Positions 1 through 8,487 are shown, numbered from the stretch's first letter. The stretch is DNA of 51,694 bases from Candidatus Firestoneibacteriota bacterium (GCA_903916325.1 CAIWWK010000045.1:1-51694); one strand, 5' to 3'. Notes: generated by a model from the sequence alone, not told the origin. Program-made: numbers and translations.

Positions 1-2
1 AG

Positions 3-422
3 AGGGCAACTGAGGGCGACCTGAGAACCGCTGAAAAAATGCTCGGGAGGCGCTACTCTTTGACAGGCAGGATAGTTCACGGAGACGGCAGGGGCGCCGG
101 TTTAGGGTTCCCGACCGCAAATCTTAACGCGACAAACGAAGTTGTCCCTCCGGAAGGCGTCTATGCCGTTACCATAAAGATCTGCGGCAGAACCTACCGC
201 GGCGCCTGCGGCATAGGACGGCCAACCTTCCATCCAGGCGAGAAACACCCTCCGGTTGAAGTTAATGTTATAGGTTTGAGAAAGAAGGAAATTTACGGAG
301 AGAAAGCAGAGGTTACATTCTTTAAAAAACTCAGGGATACCAGAAAATTCGGCAGCAGAGATGCCTTGAAACGCCAGATAAGAAGGGATATAGAAAGATG
401 CAGGAAGATCCGGATTGATTGA
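3..422 (+). CDS. ribF: Riboflavin kinase domain, the C-terminal part of bifunctional RibF. The 5' end lies outside the window.
   Basis: The frame is open from base 3, with no stop before the Met at 39. The translation GRRYSLTGRIVHGDGRGAGLGFPTANL... matches the riboflavin-kinase block of RibF. Confidence 0.8.
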   Translation, partial: RATEGDLRTAEKMLGRRYSLTGRIVHGDGRGAGLGFPTANLNATNEVVPPEGVYAVTIKICGRTYRGACGIGRPTFHPGEKHPPVEVNVIGLRKKEIYGEKAEVTFFKKLRDTRKFGSRDALKRQIRRDIERCRKIRID

Positions 423-435
423 ATATGCTCTGTTT

Positions 436-444
436 TGCTATAAT
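436..444 (+). promoter_or_regulatory. Candidate extended -10 promoter element (TGcTATAAT)
   Basis: tgctataat lies about 30 nt upstream of the start codon at 473. No transcript data. Confidence 0.3.
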
Positions 445-472
445 AACAAGTCAGTAAAGACCCCGGAGAGAG

Positions 473-1435
473 ATGTCTAAAAAGGCCTTTTGGGACATAT
501 TGAAGAGCAGAATAACGCTGACGGCCTATCGTGACATAACATCAAACAGCGTTATAGAGCTTAGGTTCCCGGTGCTCGCCGGAATAGCTGCTGCTCTCTT
601 GCTATCAGTGCTTTTAGGGTACGGAATTTATGTGGCGGTGCTGGACATTGACTACAGGCTTGCAAAGGAATCTTCTTCGGCATTTAAGGATAAGGCGCTC
701 TTTTTAGTTCAGAAAGCAGGAGAACTTGAGGAGAAAGAAAAGAGGTTGGGCAGCCTTGAAAAGAAACTCAGGGACCTGCTTGCTTACAAAAATAAGAAAT
801 CCCTCGTCAGGGAGGAGGGCATCGGCGGTCCCAGTAAATCTGACCAAAAGGTGCTCGATAAGCTGCTGTCGGATGATATAGGGCAGGAAGAAGTCAGCAA
901 AGAATACGACAATCTTATCTCTGAACTTGACTTCCGCGAGCAGAGCACAAAAGAAATCTTTCAGTATGTTTCAAAGTTGCGCTCTGTGTGGGCTGCGACT
1001 CCCAAGGGCCGGCCGGTTAAGGGGTGGATAACATCCAGGTTTGGGGCAAGAGACCTGATATTTGATTTCGGAGACGACGGAAGAGGGAAATCGCGTAAAG
1101 AATATCATGTCGGAGTTGATATAGCGAACAGAATAGGCACTCCGATCCATGCTACGGCGGATGGAACGGTTATTTTTGCCGGCCGGCTGGGCGGGTACGG
1201 CAATCTTGTGATACTTGAACATGATTACGGGTATACAACAAGGTACGGACACTGCAGCAGGTTTCTGGTATCACCGGGCCAGAAAGTAAAAGCGGGAGAA
1301 AGCCTGGCCTTGATGGGCAGCACTGGTTCTTCTACCGGCGCTCATGTGCATTACGAGATACGCAAGTTCGGTCAGGTTCTTGATCCAAAGTCTTTAGAAC
1401 CTGATTTCTACAGCCCATATTACGCAAAGAAGTAG
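473..1435 (+). CDS. M23/LytM-family peptidoglycan metalloendopeptidase with an N-terminal membrane anchor and coiled coil
   Basis: The HxxxD motif (HVGVDI) and HxH motif (HVHYEI) are present, along with the GTPIHATADGTV and GYGNLVILEH blocks. The N-terminus has a hydrophobic helix followed by a K/E-rich helical region. Confidence 0.85.
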   Translation: MSKKAFWDILKSRITLTAYRDITSNSVIELRFPVLAGIAAALLLSVLLGYGIYVAVLDIDYRLAKESSSAFKDKALFLVQKAGELEEKEKRLGSLEKKLRDLLAYKNKKSLVREEGIGGPSKSDQKVLDKLLSDDIGQEEVSKEYDNLISELDFREQSTKEIFQYVSKLRSVWAATPKGRPVKGWITSRFGARDLIFDFGDDGRGKSRKEYHVGVDIANRIGTPIHATADGTVIFAGRLGGYGNLVILEHDYGYTTRYGHCSRFLVSPGQKVKAGESLALMGSTGSSTGAHVHYEIRKFGQVLDPKSLEPDFYSPYYAKK

Positions 1436-1450
1436 TTGTTTTGTGGAAAT

Positions 1451-1471
1451 CAGCAATCAGCAATTAGCAAT
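1451..1471. repeat. Three tandem degenerate heptads (cagcaat cagcaat tagcaat)
   Basis: Read directly from the sequence. Belongs to the intergenic word-array family seen throughout the window. Confidence 0.8.
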
Positions 1472-1481
1472 TGTTTTTATT

Positions 1482-1558
1482 GGGCGCTTGGCTCAGTTGG
1501 TTAGAGTGCCGCCTTCACACGGCGGAGGTCATAGGTTCGAATCCTATAGCGCCCACCA
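1482..1558 (+). tRNA. tRNA-Val(CAC): tRNA-Val, anticodon CAC, with encoded CCA
   Basis: Hand-folded cloverleaf. Acceptor GGGCGCT/AGCGCCC, anticodon stem CCGCC/GGCGG with loop TTCACAC, T arm ATAGG-TTCGAAT-CCTAT, discriminator A, then CCA. Confidence 0.9.
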
Positions 1559-1629
1559 TGTACCATTCGCTTCGCTCAGGTACATGGCACGCCATGCAGG
1601 ATAGACCCGCTTCGCGGGCTCAGGCTGCG

Positions 1630-1700
1630 CCCTGCACTCGAGCGACAGCCTTTAGTCCCGCACCCGAATGTAGTAAGTGGTGCGGGGGAGTAGTGCAGGG
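1630..1700. repeat. Nested-hairpin dispersed repeat, copy A (71 nt)
   Basis: Outer stem 1630-1638/1692-1700 and inner stem 1657-1664/1679-1686. About 77 percent identical over 66 aligned nt to 13268-13338, with compensatory changes. Flanked by the 16-nt direct repeat ggtacatggcacgcca at 1579-1594 and 1699-1714. Confidence 0.75.
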
Positions 1701-1755
1701 TACATGGCACGCCACGAAGCACTCGCGGCTTTGCGGGAATCACAATGGAAGGCCA

Positions 1756-2130
1756 ATGAGAAAAATAAAGATAAGAATCGGCGAGCTTGAAGTAGACGCC
1801 GTATTGAACTCTACAAAGACTGCCGAAGCGATATATAACGCCCTGCCTTTTTCCGCTAAAGCAAACACCTGGGGGGATGAGACCTACTTTACTATTCCGG
1901 TGAAACGCGGGCCGGAGAACCCAAAATCTATTGTAGCGATAGGCGACCTCGCATACTGGATGCCCGGCGCCGCGTTCTGCATTTTTTATGGAGAAACGCC
2001 TTCAAGTTGTAAAGGCGAAGTCAGGCCGGCCAGTCCGGTCAACGTTATAGGTAATTTCGAATTGAAATATGTCGAAAGCCTAAAGAAAACCAGAAACGGG
2101 ATTTCGGTGACAGTTGAAAAGCTCCCCTAA
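1756..2130 (+). CDS. Cyclophilin-like fold protein (TM1367-like small protein)
   Basis: MRKIKIRIGELEVDAVLNSTKTAEAIYNALP...WGDETYF...GDLAYWMPGAAFCIFYG matches the cyclophilin-like family pattern as I remember it. The track ORF start at 1471 lies inside the tRNA, so I use the ATG at 1756. Confidence 0.6.
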   Translation: MRKIKIRIGELEVDAVLNSTKTAEAIYNALPFSAKANTWGDETYFTIPVKRGPENPKSIVAIGDLAYWMPGAAFCIFYGETPSSCKGEVRPASPVNVIGNFELKYVESLKKTRNGISVTVEKLP

Positions 2131-2926
2131 AGCCGGCTTCCCGAGCCGGCATAAGAACCTCCTCTGGCGTTCTTTTTTAGTCATTATATTCCTCGGGATA
2201 ATCGTAAGTTTTGTAAAGATATGGATCGCGGTACTGGATATCCATGCCGGCGAATCCCGTTCCATGCGTTTTTCCGTTGTGCCTGCCGAAACTCCCGCCG
2301 GCAGGCTGATAGCTCTCACCTTTGATGACGGCCCGCACCCTGAATACACGCTCAAAATACTTGATATATTGGACTGCTACGGCGCAAAGGCGACCTTCTT
2401 TACTGTCGGCAAGATGGCGGCTAAGTATCCCGAACTGGTTAAAGAAATTGACCGGCGCGGTAATGAAATCGGCAATCATACTTATGAACACAGAATTCTT
2501 ACGGAACTCTCAAAACAGGAGACGCTTGCGGAATTGGAGCGTGACGAGCAGGAAATAGCATCAATCACGGGCAAAAGGCCGGAAGTTTTCAGGCCTCCTT
2601 CCGGCAGGTATAATAGCGGCACAGTGGAGGCGGCAGTTTCAATGGGGCTTTTTACCGTTCTCTGGACTAATTACTCGGATTACGGGGCCATGAGGAGTTC
2701 GGAAGTTATCTCAAATGTCATGGCCGACCCGAAAGACGGGGATATTATTCTTCTTCACAGCGGTATTGATGCCACGCTGCTCGCGCTTCCGACAATTCTC
2801 CAGCAGCTTTCCGGAAAGGATTTCAGGTTTGTCACGGTTTCAAATCTGATAATCAGAAACGGCAAGGAAAATCTCAAGCCGCGCCTGATACGCGCTGTGC
2901 GAGCGTCAGCAATTGCCGCTAAGTAA
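2114..2926 (+). CDS. Polysaccharide deacetylase (NodB homology domain) with an N-terminal membrane anchor
   Basis: LTFDDGPHPEYT...ATFFTVG...GNHTYEH motifs. The TTG start is followed by a hydrophobic helix. Confidence 0.85.
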   Translation: MKSSPKAGFPSRHKNLLWRSFLVIIFLGIIVSFVKIWIAVLDIHAGESRSMRFSVVPAETPAGRLIALTFDDGPHPEYTLKILDILDCYGAKATFFTVGKMAAKYPELVKEIDRRGNEIGNHTYEHRILTELSKQETLAELERDEQEIASITGKRPEVFRPPSGRYNSGTVEAAVSMGLFTVLWTNYSDYGAMRSSEVISNVMADPKDGDIILLHSGIDATLLALPTILQQLSGKDFRFVTVSNLIIRNGKENLKPRLIRAVRASAIAAK

Positions 2927-2962
2927 AATTAAGGACGGGGTATTCTTCGGCATAACTAAATA

Positions 2963-2998
2963 AAAAGGACAGTGTCTTTTAATGGACACTGTCCTTTT
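2963..2998. terminator. Bidirectional hairpin between convergent genes
   Basis: A perfect 14-bp stem, aaaaggacagtgtc / gacactgtcctttt, with an 8-nt loop and A/T runs on both sides. Confidence 0.7.
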
Positions 2999-3018
2999 AA
3001 CGTTATTTTACTTTTGAA

Positions 3019-3525
3019 CTATTGTTTTATCAGTCCCCCTATCGTTTTCTCGAGATCCCCTGGCAGTTCATTCTGATTAAAAACCACATTTCCGTTTTTG
3101 TCGATGAGTACGTTCGTCGGTATTCCGACAACTCTATAGGCCTGCGCGGTATCTCCCGAAGGGTCTATGGCTACCGTATGCTTTATCCCGTTCTTGGCGA
3201 TGAAAGCTTTCACCGAGTCCGGGTTTTCCTGGATGTCCACGCTTATTATCTCGAAATCCTTGCCTCCGGCTTTGGAGTACAATTTTACAAGGTCCGGCAT
3301 TTCCTTGACGCAATAGGGGCACCAGGTAGCCCAAAAATTAACAAGCACGACCTTTCCTTTAAAGTTGGAAAGTTTTACGGCCTTGCCTTCCGGCGATTTC
3401 AGGCTGAAATCCGGAGCTATTGACGCAGTTTTGGGCTGAACCTGTTCCGCGTTTACTTTCTTTGACATAGCCCCGCAGGACAAGGCGATAAGAAGCACTG
3501 CGCCAACCGTGAATACTTTATTCAT
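3019..3525 (-). CDS. Secreted TlpA/ResA-like thiol:disulfide oxidoreductase
   Basis: Signal peptide, then a thioredoxin fold with WATWCPYC (CxxC). Last gene of the trx-ccdA-tlpA minus-strand operon. Confidence 0.85.
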   Translation of the reverse strand: MNKVFTVGAVLLIALSCGAMSKKVNAEQVQPKTASIAPDFSLKSPEGKAVKLSNFKGKVVLVNFWATWCPYCVKEMPDLVKLYSKAGGKDFEIISVDIQENPDSVKAFIAKNGIKHTVAIDPSGDTAQAYRVVGIPTNVLIDKNGNVVFNQNELPGDLEKTIGGLIKQ

Positions 3526-3546
3526 AAGTCCTCCTCAAAAGAGATA

Positions 3547-4254
3547 TCAGTGATAGAACTTCCATGCGTGATAAAGAAAAGATAAGCCGGCTAAAAACAG
3601 TATTGCCCCGATTGTCCGTCTGACCCACTGCATCCAGGGACCTGGTTTTGGAATAGCCAGGAGCAGACCGGCGAAAGTTCCGGCTATGATGAGCAGGACT
3701 CCCATGCCGAGAGAAAAGACGAAGAGCAGTCCCGTGCCGAAAGCGATATTCCCGCTTTTGCCTACATAGAAGAGAAGGGCTCCGAGCACGGCGCCTGTGC
3801 AGGGACCGACAACAAGTCCTGAGATAAGCCCCAGAAAAAAGACCGTAACATAGCCCGAGCCTATTTTTTTGCTGGCAAGGTTATTGATGAAGCCGGGCAT
3901 GCGTATCTCGTAAATATCGAACATTGAAAGGGAGAGAAGGATACAGACAATTCCCATAAGGGTATTCGGCCAAGCCGACGCGCTTACCAGACCGAATACT
4001 TTTCCGGAAAGCGCCGCGATTGCGCCGAGCAGCGTGTATATAAGGGCAAGTCCGAGCACATATACGAGCGAAAGCGTGAATCCTTTAAGCTTTTTCCCGC
4101 TGCTCTGCGAAGCAATGAATGTGACCGTGATAGGCAGCATTGTGTAAATGCAGGGTTCGAAGCTTACAAAAATTCCGCCAAGAAAAGCGAGAAAAAAGGC
4201 AAGGAACGAACCCTGTGCCAGTGCGCTATTTAATCCATCAAGAACCCAGTTCAT
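3547..4254 (-). CDS. ccdA: Cytochrome c biogenesis / DsbD-type transmembrane thiol transfer protein CcdA
   Basis: Polytopic membrane protein with the two conserved Cys motifs (FEPCIYTMLP and VVGPCTGAVL). ATGA overlap with the upstream thioredoxin gene. Confidence 0.85.
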   Translation of the reverse strand: MNWVLDGLNSALAQGSFLAFFLAFLGGIFVSFEPCIYTMLPITVTFIASQSSGKKLKGFTLSLVYVLGLALIYTLLGAIAALSGKVFGLVSASAWPNTLMGIVCILLSLSMFDIYEIRMPGFINNLASKKIGSGYVTVFFLGLISGLVVGPCTGAVLGALLFYVGKSGNIAFGTGLLFVFSLGMGVLLIIAGTFAGLLLAIPKPGPWMQWVRRTIGAILFLAGLSFLYHAWKFYH

Positions 4255-4574
4255 ATGTTCCTTTCGATGAAAGCTTTAAGCTCCGGTTCAGGAAAGTAGC
4301 CGGTTACGCGTTCGGCTTCTTTGCCATTCTTGAAGATGACGAGCGTGGGAATTGCAAGGACATTGTTTTCGGCCGAGGCCTTGACATTTTTAACGGCGTC
4401 AACATGCACGAACTTGACCCGGTCTTTGAAGTCGTCTGAAAGTTTTTCGACTACGGGCGTGACTCTCTTGCAGGAAGCACACCATTCCGATTTGAACATT
4501 GCAAATACCGGCAGGGTTGCTTTAAGGACATCTTCGCTGAATTTCGCGTCATCGGTGCTTGAAACATTAGGCAT
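4251..4574 (-). CDS. Thioredoxin-family protein (WCASC active site)
   Basis: 107 aa with a thioredoxin fold, a WCASC motif and the cis-Pro context AIPTLVIF. Confidence 0.85.
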   Translation of the reverse strand: MPNVSSTDDAKFSEDVLKATLPVFAMFKSEWCASCKRVTPVVEKLSDDFKDRVKFVHVDAVKNVKASAENNVLAIPTLVIFKNGKEAERVTGYFPEPELKAFIERNI

Positions 4575-4700
4575 ATTTGTCTCCTGTCAATGTTAACACT
4601 GCCTTTAATCTCTGTTGAACTATTACATTGTAATGCTTTGTAGGTGTTTTGTCTATGATTCCCGTCATGATTATGATAAAATCCGTGAAACGGAGGGTCA

Positions 4701-6167
4701 ATGCCAAAAATTAAGTTCGATTTCAACAATATGATGGATTTCAACGTAGGCCGGCACGGGGTCAGGCTTTCGGAACTCAAAACCTTTTCGGCGCGAGCGG
4801 GCAAGGCCTTTAACCACCTTGCGACTGTTCTGGTGGACAGGAAGAGCAGGATAGCTCTTTCGCTTGAATGGTCAAAACTTCCTCTGCAGGATAAGAAAGT
4901 TATTGTTTCAATACAAAAACTCGGCAAAGAGATAGCCTCTGAATACGAAAATGTCATCTCCCTCGGTATCGGAGGGTCTTACCTCGGGATTAAAGCGGCT
5001 CAGGACGCCCTTTTGCCTCCCTACTACAATGATTTTCCGGGCGTAAGGAAAGGAAGGCCGAGGATTTATTTTGAAGGCAACAATCTGGATCCCGTGACAC
5101 TTTCTTCGCTGCTTTCAAATCTCAATCCCCGGAAGACTTTCGTAGTGGTAATATCAAAGTCCGGAGAAACTTCCGAGACAAAAGCCGCGCTGGAGATTGT
5201 TGAGGCCTGGCTAAAGAGAGGCGCGGGAGCTAAATTCGCGAGGCAGATTATAGCCGTCACCGATCCGAAAGCCGGAACATTGAGAAAGAAAGCATCCGCG
5301 GCTTCGGCAAAAGATCCTCTTGCCTACCGCAGCCTGCCTCTCCTTGAAGGCGTCGGCGGGAGATTTTCGGAATTGAACATGGGACTGCTCCATCTTGCGA
5401 TCACCGGGGTGAAGATAGCGGAAGTGCTCAAAGGTGCCGCGGATATGGCTAAAAGCTGCGCGCTCTCCGATATGTTCAAAAACCCCGCGCTGTTTTACGC
5501 GTCGCTTTCAGTCATAGCGTATGAGAAAAAAGGAAAGCAGATTTCCATAATAATGCCTTTCTCGGAGCAGTTGAAATCCACGGCTGACTGGTATATCCAG
5601 CTGCTGGCCGAAAGCACAGGGAAGAAATACGCAAGGAAAATAGTGTTTGAGCAAGGGGCGGAGAAGTGGGTTGAGGACAGGTCCAGGATTATTAACACCG
5701 GCAGGACGCCAATTTCGGCAAGGGGGACTAACGACCTTCATTCCATCCAGCAGAATAATATCGAGGGCAGGAATGATAAGGTCGTCACTTTTATCCGCGT
5801 CGAGAAATATAAGAAAGACCTTAAGCTCCCGATTTCAGAAGATTTCCTCTCCGGAAGGACTCTTTCAGGTCTCTTGAAGACCGCTCAAGAGGGTACGGCC
5901 TGGGCTTTGAACCGCGAAATGCGCCCTAACTGCACGATCAGCCTCCCGGAGTTAAACGCGTATTATTGGGGAGCCCTATTGTTTTTCTTTGAGATGGCTA
6001 CGGCTTATGAAGGGGAACTTCTTGGCATAAACGCGTTTAACCAGCCAGGAGTAGAGTCCTATAAAAACTACATGTTCTATAAATTGAATAAACCCGGGAT
6101 AAAAAAAGAAATAGCAGAAGAGATAAACACTAACCCTATGAAAAAAGATCCGGGATATTTTGCCTGA
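4701..6167 (+). CDS. pgi: Glucose-6-phosphate isomerase
   Basis: SIS-domain motifs ISLGIGGSYLG and VVISKSGETSETK. Length and C-terminal region are consistent with PGI. Confidence 0.85.
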   Translation: MPKIKFDFNNMMDFNVGRHGVRLSELKTFSARAGKAFNHLATVLVDRKSRIALSLEWSKLPLQDKKVIVSIQKLGKEIASEYENVISLGIGGSYLGIKAAQDALLPPYYNDFPGVRKGRPRIYFEGNNLDPVTLSSLLSNLNPRKTFVVVISKSGETSETKAALEIVEAWLKRGAGAKFARQIIAVTDPKAGTLRKKASAASAKDPLAYRSLPLLEGVGGRFSELNMGLLHLAITGVKIAEVLKGAADMAKSCALSDMFKNPALFYASLSVIAYEKKGKQISIIMPFSEQLKSTADWYIQLLAESTGKKYARKIVFEQGAEKWVEDRSRIINTGRTPISARGTNDLHSIQQNNIEGRNDKVVTFIRVEKYKKDLKLPISEDFLSGRTLSGLLKTAQEGTAWALNREMRPNCTISLPELNAYYWGALLFFFEMATAYEGELLGINAFNQPGVESYKNYMFYKLNKPGIKKEIAEEINTNPMKKDPGYFA

Positions 6168-6176
6168 AACGGCAAT

Positions 6177-6209
6177 AAAAAAAAGGACGGCTTTCGCCGT
6201 CCTTTCGGG
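6177..6209. terminator. Hairpin terminator shared by pgi (+) and the small Cys-rich gene (-)
   Basis: A 10-bp stem, aaaggacggc / gccgtccttt, with loop tttc. The A8 run on the + strand gives a U-run for the minus-strand transcript. Confidence 0.65.
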
Positions 6210-6266
6210 TTGGAGAAGTGCGCTGTAATGGGGGACATTTGGAAGCGCACCCCCCGCGAACCCTTG

Positions 6267-6395
6267 TTATTTGCCTGTTTTTTTCTTCATTGGTTCGCCG
6301 CAGCAAACTATAGGTTTCATTGCCGCTTTGCCGCATTTCTTACAAACATAAACGCTGACATTTCCGCAACCGCAACCGCAATCACATCCTGCCAT
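6267..6395 (-). CDS. 42-aa cysteine-rich metal-binding micro-protein, desulforedoxin-like (absent from the ORF track)
   Basis: The minus strand translates to MAGCDCGCGCGNVSVYVCKKCGKAAMKPIVCCGEPMKKKTGK. A strong SD (AAGGTGGTGA) sits 5 nt upstream and a terminator lies downstream. The CxxCG...CCGxPM pattern resembles the desulforedoxin / Dfx N-terminal FeS4 motif, but with a shorter spacer. Confidence 0.6.
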   Translation of the reverse strand: MAGCDCGCGCGNVSVYVCKKCGKAAMKPIVCCGEPMKKKTGK

Positions 6396-6490
6396 TTTAA
6401 TCACCACCTTTATTTTAATAATACATCGCGCACTCTGCACCTACCATGACCACTGTCATATTACGCAATATTTCAGGGTGTTGTATTGTA

Positions 6491-6519
6491 TTGAAAATGC
6501 ATGATTTATAAATTATACT
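6491..6519 (+). promoter_or_regulatory. Candidate sigma-70 promoter (TTGAAA-17 nt-TATACT) for the flavodiiron operon
   Basis: Hexamers at 6491-6496 and 6514-6519 with a 17-nt spacer, about 20 nt upstream of the ATG at 6540. Confidence 0.4.
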
Positions 6520-6539
6520 AAAGCATACACGGAGGGCAT

Positions 6540-7727
6540 ATGTCAGCAGTTAAGTTGTTGCCGGGTGTTTACTGGGTCGGAGTGGTTGACTGGAATGTCA
6601 GAGCTTTTCACGGTCACACATACATTACCAGGCGCGGGTCTACTTACAATTCTTATCTGATAGTCGACGAAAAAATAGCGCTTGTCGACACGGTATACGC
6701 TCCATTCAGCGATCAGCTGCTGCGGAATATAGCGGAAATTGTCCCGCCGGAAAAAATAGATTATATAATCTCAAATCACGGTGAGACGGACCATTCAGGT
6801 TCCTTGCCTGCATTGAAGAAGGCCTGCCCGAACGCTAAGCATTTTGGCACTGCTAAAGTGAAAGAAACTCTTGAAAAGATGTACTATCTTGGGCTTGATT
6901 TGCAGGTCGTAAAATCAGGAGATAAACTCTCTCTTGGCAAAAAGACGCTCTCGTTCATTGAAGCCCCGATGCTTCACTGGCCCGATTCAATGTTTACATA
7001 TCTTATAGAAGACGGTTTGCTAATGCCGAATGACGCTTTCGGGCAGCATTTCGCTTCTTCCGCGCGGTTTGACGATGAAGTTGACAGCTCTCCTCTTTTT
7101 GAGGAGGCAGAAGCTTACTTCGCGAACATCCTCTGGCCTTTCTCTCCCATGGTGCTCAGAAAAATTGATGAAATTGTCAAAATGAAACTTCCTCTCAAGA
7201 TGATTGCGCCGAGCCACGGGATAATATGGCGGAAAGACCCTATGAAAATAGTCAATTCCTATGTTGAGTGGGGAAAGCAGACCACGCGTAGAAAGGCGGT
7301 AATTGCTTATGAGACCATGTGGAAATCTACCGAGAAGATGGCTTACAGTATAGTTGACGGGCTCGTTTCCGAGGGCATTGATGTCAAGATGTATGATGTG
7401 GCCGAGACAGATAGCACGGAGATTATCAGGGAAATGCTCTATGCCCGCGGCTACCTCTTCGGTTCCTCTACTCACGATAATGGCATGCTGCCGAATCTTG
7501 CTATGTTCCTTGAATTCCTTAAGGGTTTGAAGCCTTCAGGCAGGAAGGCTGCGGCCTTTGGCTCTTTCGGCTGGGGCGGCGGCGCCGTGAAAGAAATGGA
7601 GAAATTTATTGCGACTCCAGGTATTGAGATCGTGCAGCCAGGAATCAGCCTGAAATTCGTCCCGAGTCCTGAAGAACTGAAGCAATGTTTCGAATTCGGA
7701 AAGGAATTCGCGAAGAAACTGACTTAA
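6540..7727 (+). CDS. Flavodiiron protein (FprA / rubredoxin:oxygen oxidoreductase type)
   Basis: Metallo-beta-lactamase-like diiron domain (NHGETDHSGS) followed by a flavodoxin-like C-terminal domain. 395 aa. Confidence 0.85.
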   Translation: MSAVKLLPGVYWVGVVDWNVRAFHGHTYITRRGSTYNSYLIVDEKIALVDTVYAPFSDQLLRNIAEIVPPEKIDYIISNHGETDHSGSLPALKKACPNAKHFGTAKVKETLEKMYYLGLDLQVVKSGDKLSLGKKTLSFIEAPMLHWPDSMFTYLIEDGLLMPNDAFGQHFASSARFDDEVDSSPLFEEAEAYFANILWPFSPMVLRKIDEIVKMKLPLKMIAPSHGIIWRKDPMKIVNSYVEWGKQTTRRKAVIAYETMWKSTEKMAYSIVDGLVSEGIDVKMYDVAETDSTEIIREMLYARGYLFGSSTHDNGMLPNLAMFLEFLKGLKPSGRKAAAFGSFGWGGGAVKEMEKFIATPGIEIVQPGISLKFVPSPEELKQCFEFGKEFAKKLT

Positions 7728-7764
7728 CGCCAGCGGCTGAATATTCTGCCGCCCGGAGGTTGCA

Positions 7765-7926
7765 ATGGATAAATATAAATGTACCGTCTGTGGCTATATC
7801 TATGATCCGGCAGTCGGAGATCCCGATAATAATGTTGCGGCAGGAACTTCGTGGGAGAAAGTCCCGGAGGACTGGGCCTGTCCCAACTGCGGGGTAGGCA
7901 AAGACATGTTCGTAAAGGGACAATAA
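7765..7926 (+). CDS. Rubredoxin (53 aa, absent from the ORF track)
   Basis: [15 protein letters not shown]...[13 protein letters not shown] carries both CxxCG knuckles and the conserved aromatic residues. SD ggagg lies upstream. Confidence 0.9.
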   Translation: MDKYKCTVCGYIYDPAVGDPDNNVAAGTSWEKVPEDWACPNCGVGKDMFVKGQ

Positions 7927-7961
7927 CTAACAGCTGATAACTGATAGCTAATAGCTAATAA
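7924..7961. repeat. Degenerate heptad array (ctgataa ctgatag ctaatag ctaataa)
   Basis: Read directly. It fills the spacer between the rubredoxin and rubrerythrin-like genes. Confidence 0.8.
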
Positions 7962-7975
7962 AAAACGGAGAGGCT

Positions 7976-8461
7976 ATGGGATTAAAATTCAACGCGGCAG
8001 AAGTGCTTGACCTTGGCGTGCAGATAGAGAAGAACGGCAGGGTGTTCTACGAGGCAGCATCAAAGAACGCGAAAGCGGGAAATGCCAAAGCTATCTTTGA
8101 ACATCTTGCCAAGGAAGAAGATCACCACCTTGCTGCTTTTCTAAAAATGCAGCAGGATGCCGAGAAAACGGCGGAGCCGGAAACTTATGACGGCGAATAC
8201 GCGGACTATGTCCGGATGCTCGCGGGAGACAATATTTTCACGAAAGCCGACGCAGGCAAGAGGGCTTCTGAGAACCTTAAGAATGACTCCGAGATAATTG
8301 AAGCCGCTCTGAAGTTCGAGAAGGATTCGGTCATTCTTTTCCAGGGCATGCTTGAAGGTATGCCTGAAAAGGAAAAGAAAATCGTGGATGAAATGGTAAA
8401 AGAAGAACTCAAGCATATAAAACACCTGTATATACTTAAGAAGGCCTGCGGGATAAAATAG
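7976..8461 (+). CDS. Ferritin-like / rubrerythrin-family diiron protein without a rubredoxin domain
   Basis: Four-helix-bundle-like sequence with ExxH motifs (KEEDHH, EELKHIKH). 161 aa. Confidence 0.65.
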   Translation: MGLKFNAAEVLDLGVQIEKNGRVFYEAASKNAKAGNAKAIFEHLAKEEDHHLAAFLKMQQDAEKTAEPETYDGEYADYVRMLAGDNIFTKADAGKRASENLKNDSEIIEAALKFEKDSVILFQGMLEGMPEKEKKIVDEMVKEELKHIKHLYILKKACGIK

Positions 8462-8487
8462 TACTCCGCAATAATTTTGCCGGAGGT

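Noticed and set aside
1585-1721. TGGCAC motifs (1585-1590 and 1705-1710) as sigma-54 -24 elements
   Set aside because: The downstream GC dinucleotides are 2 nt too close (first copy) or 1 nt too far (second copy) relative to the strict GG-N10-GC spacing. The motif is also part of the direct repeat flanking the hairpin element.
1471-1755. N-terminal 95 codons of the track ORF 1471..2130
   Set aside because: This stretch starts inside tRNA-Val and reads through the hairpin repeat. The recognisable cyclophilin-like domain begins at the Met at 1756.
6136-6449. Track ORFs 6136..6336 (-) and 6210..6449 (+)
   Set aside because: Both overlap the terminator hairpin and the much better supported 42-aa Cys-rich gene, which has its own SD, terminator and metal-binding motif. 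Neither shows a recognisable motif.
6501-6520. AT-rich near-palindrome tgatttataaattatact as a PerR/Fur-type box upstream of the flavodiiron gene
   Set aside because: It is only an imperfect palindrome, since the halves do not match a 7-1-7 box. It also overlaps the putative -10 hexamer. It cannot be distinguished from generic AT-rich promoter DNA without comparative data.
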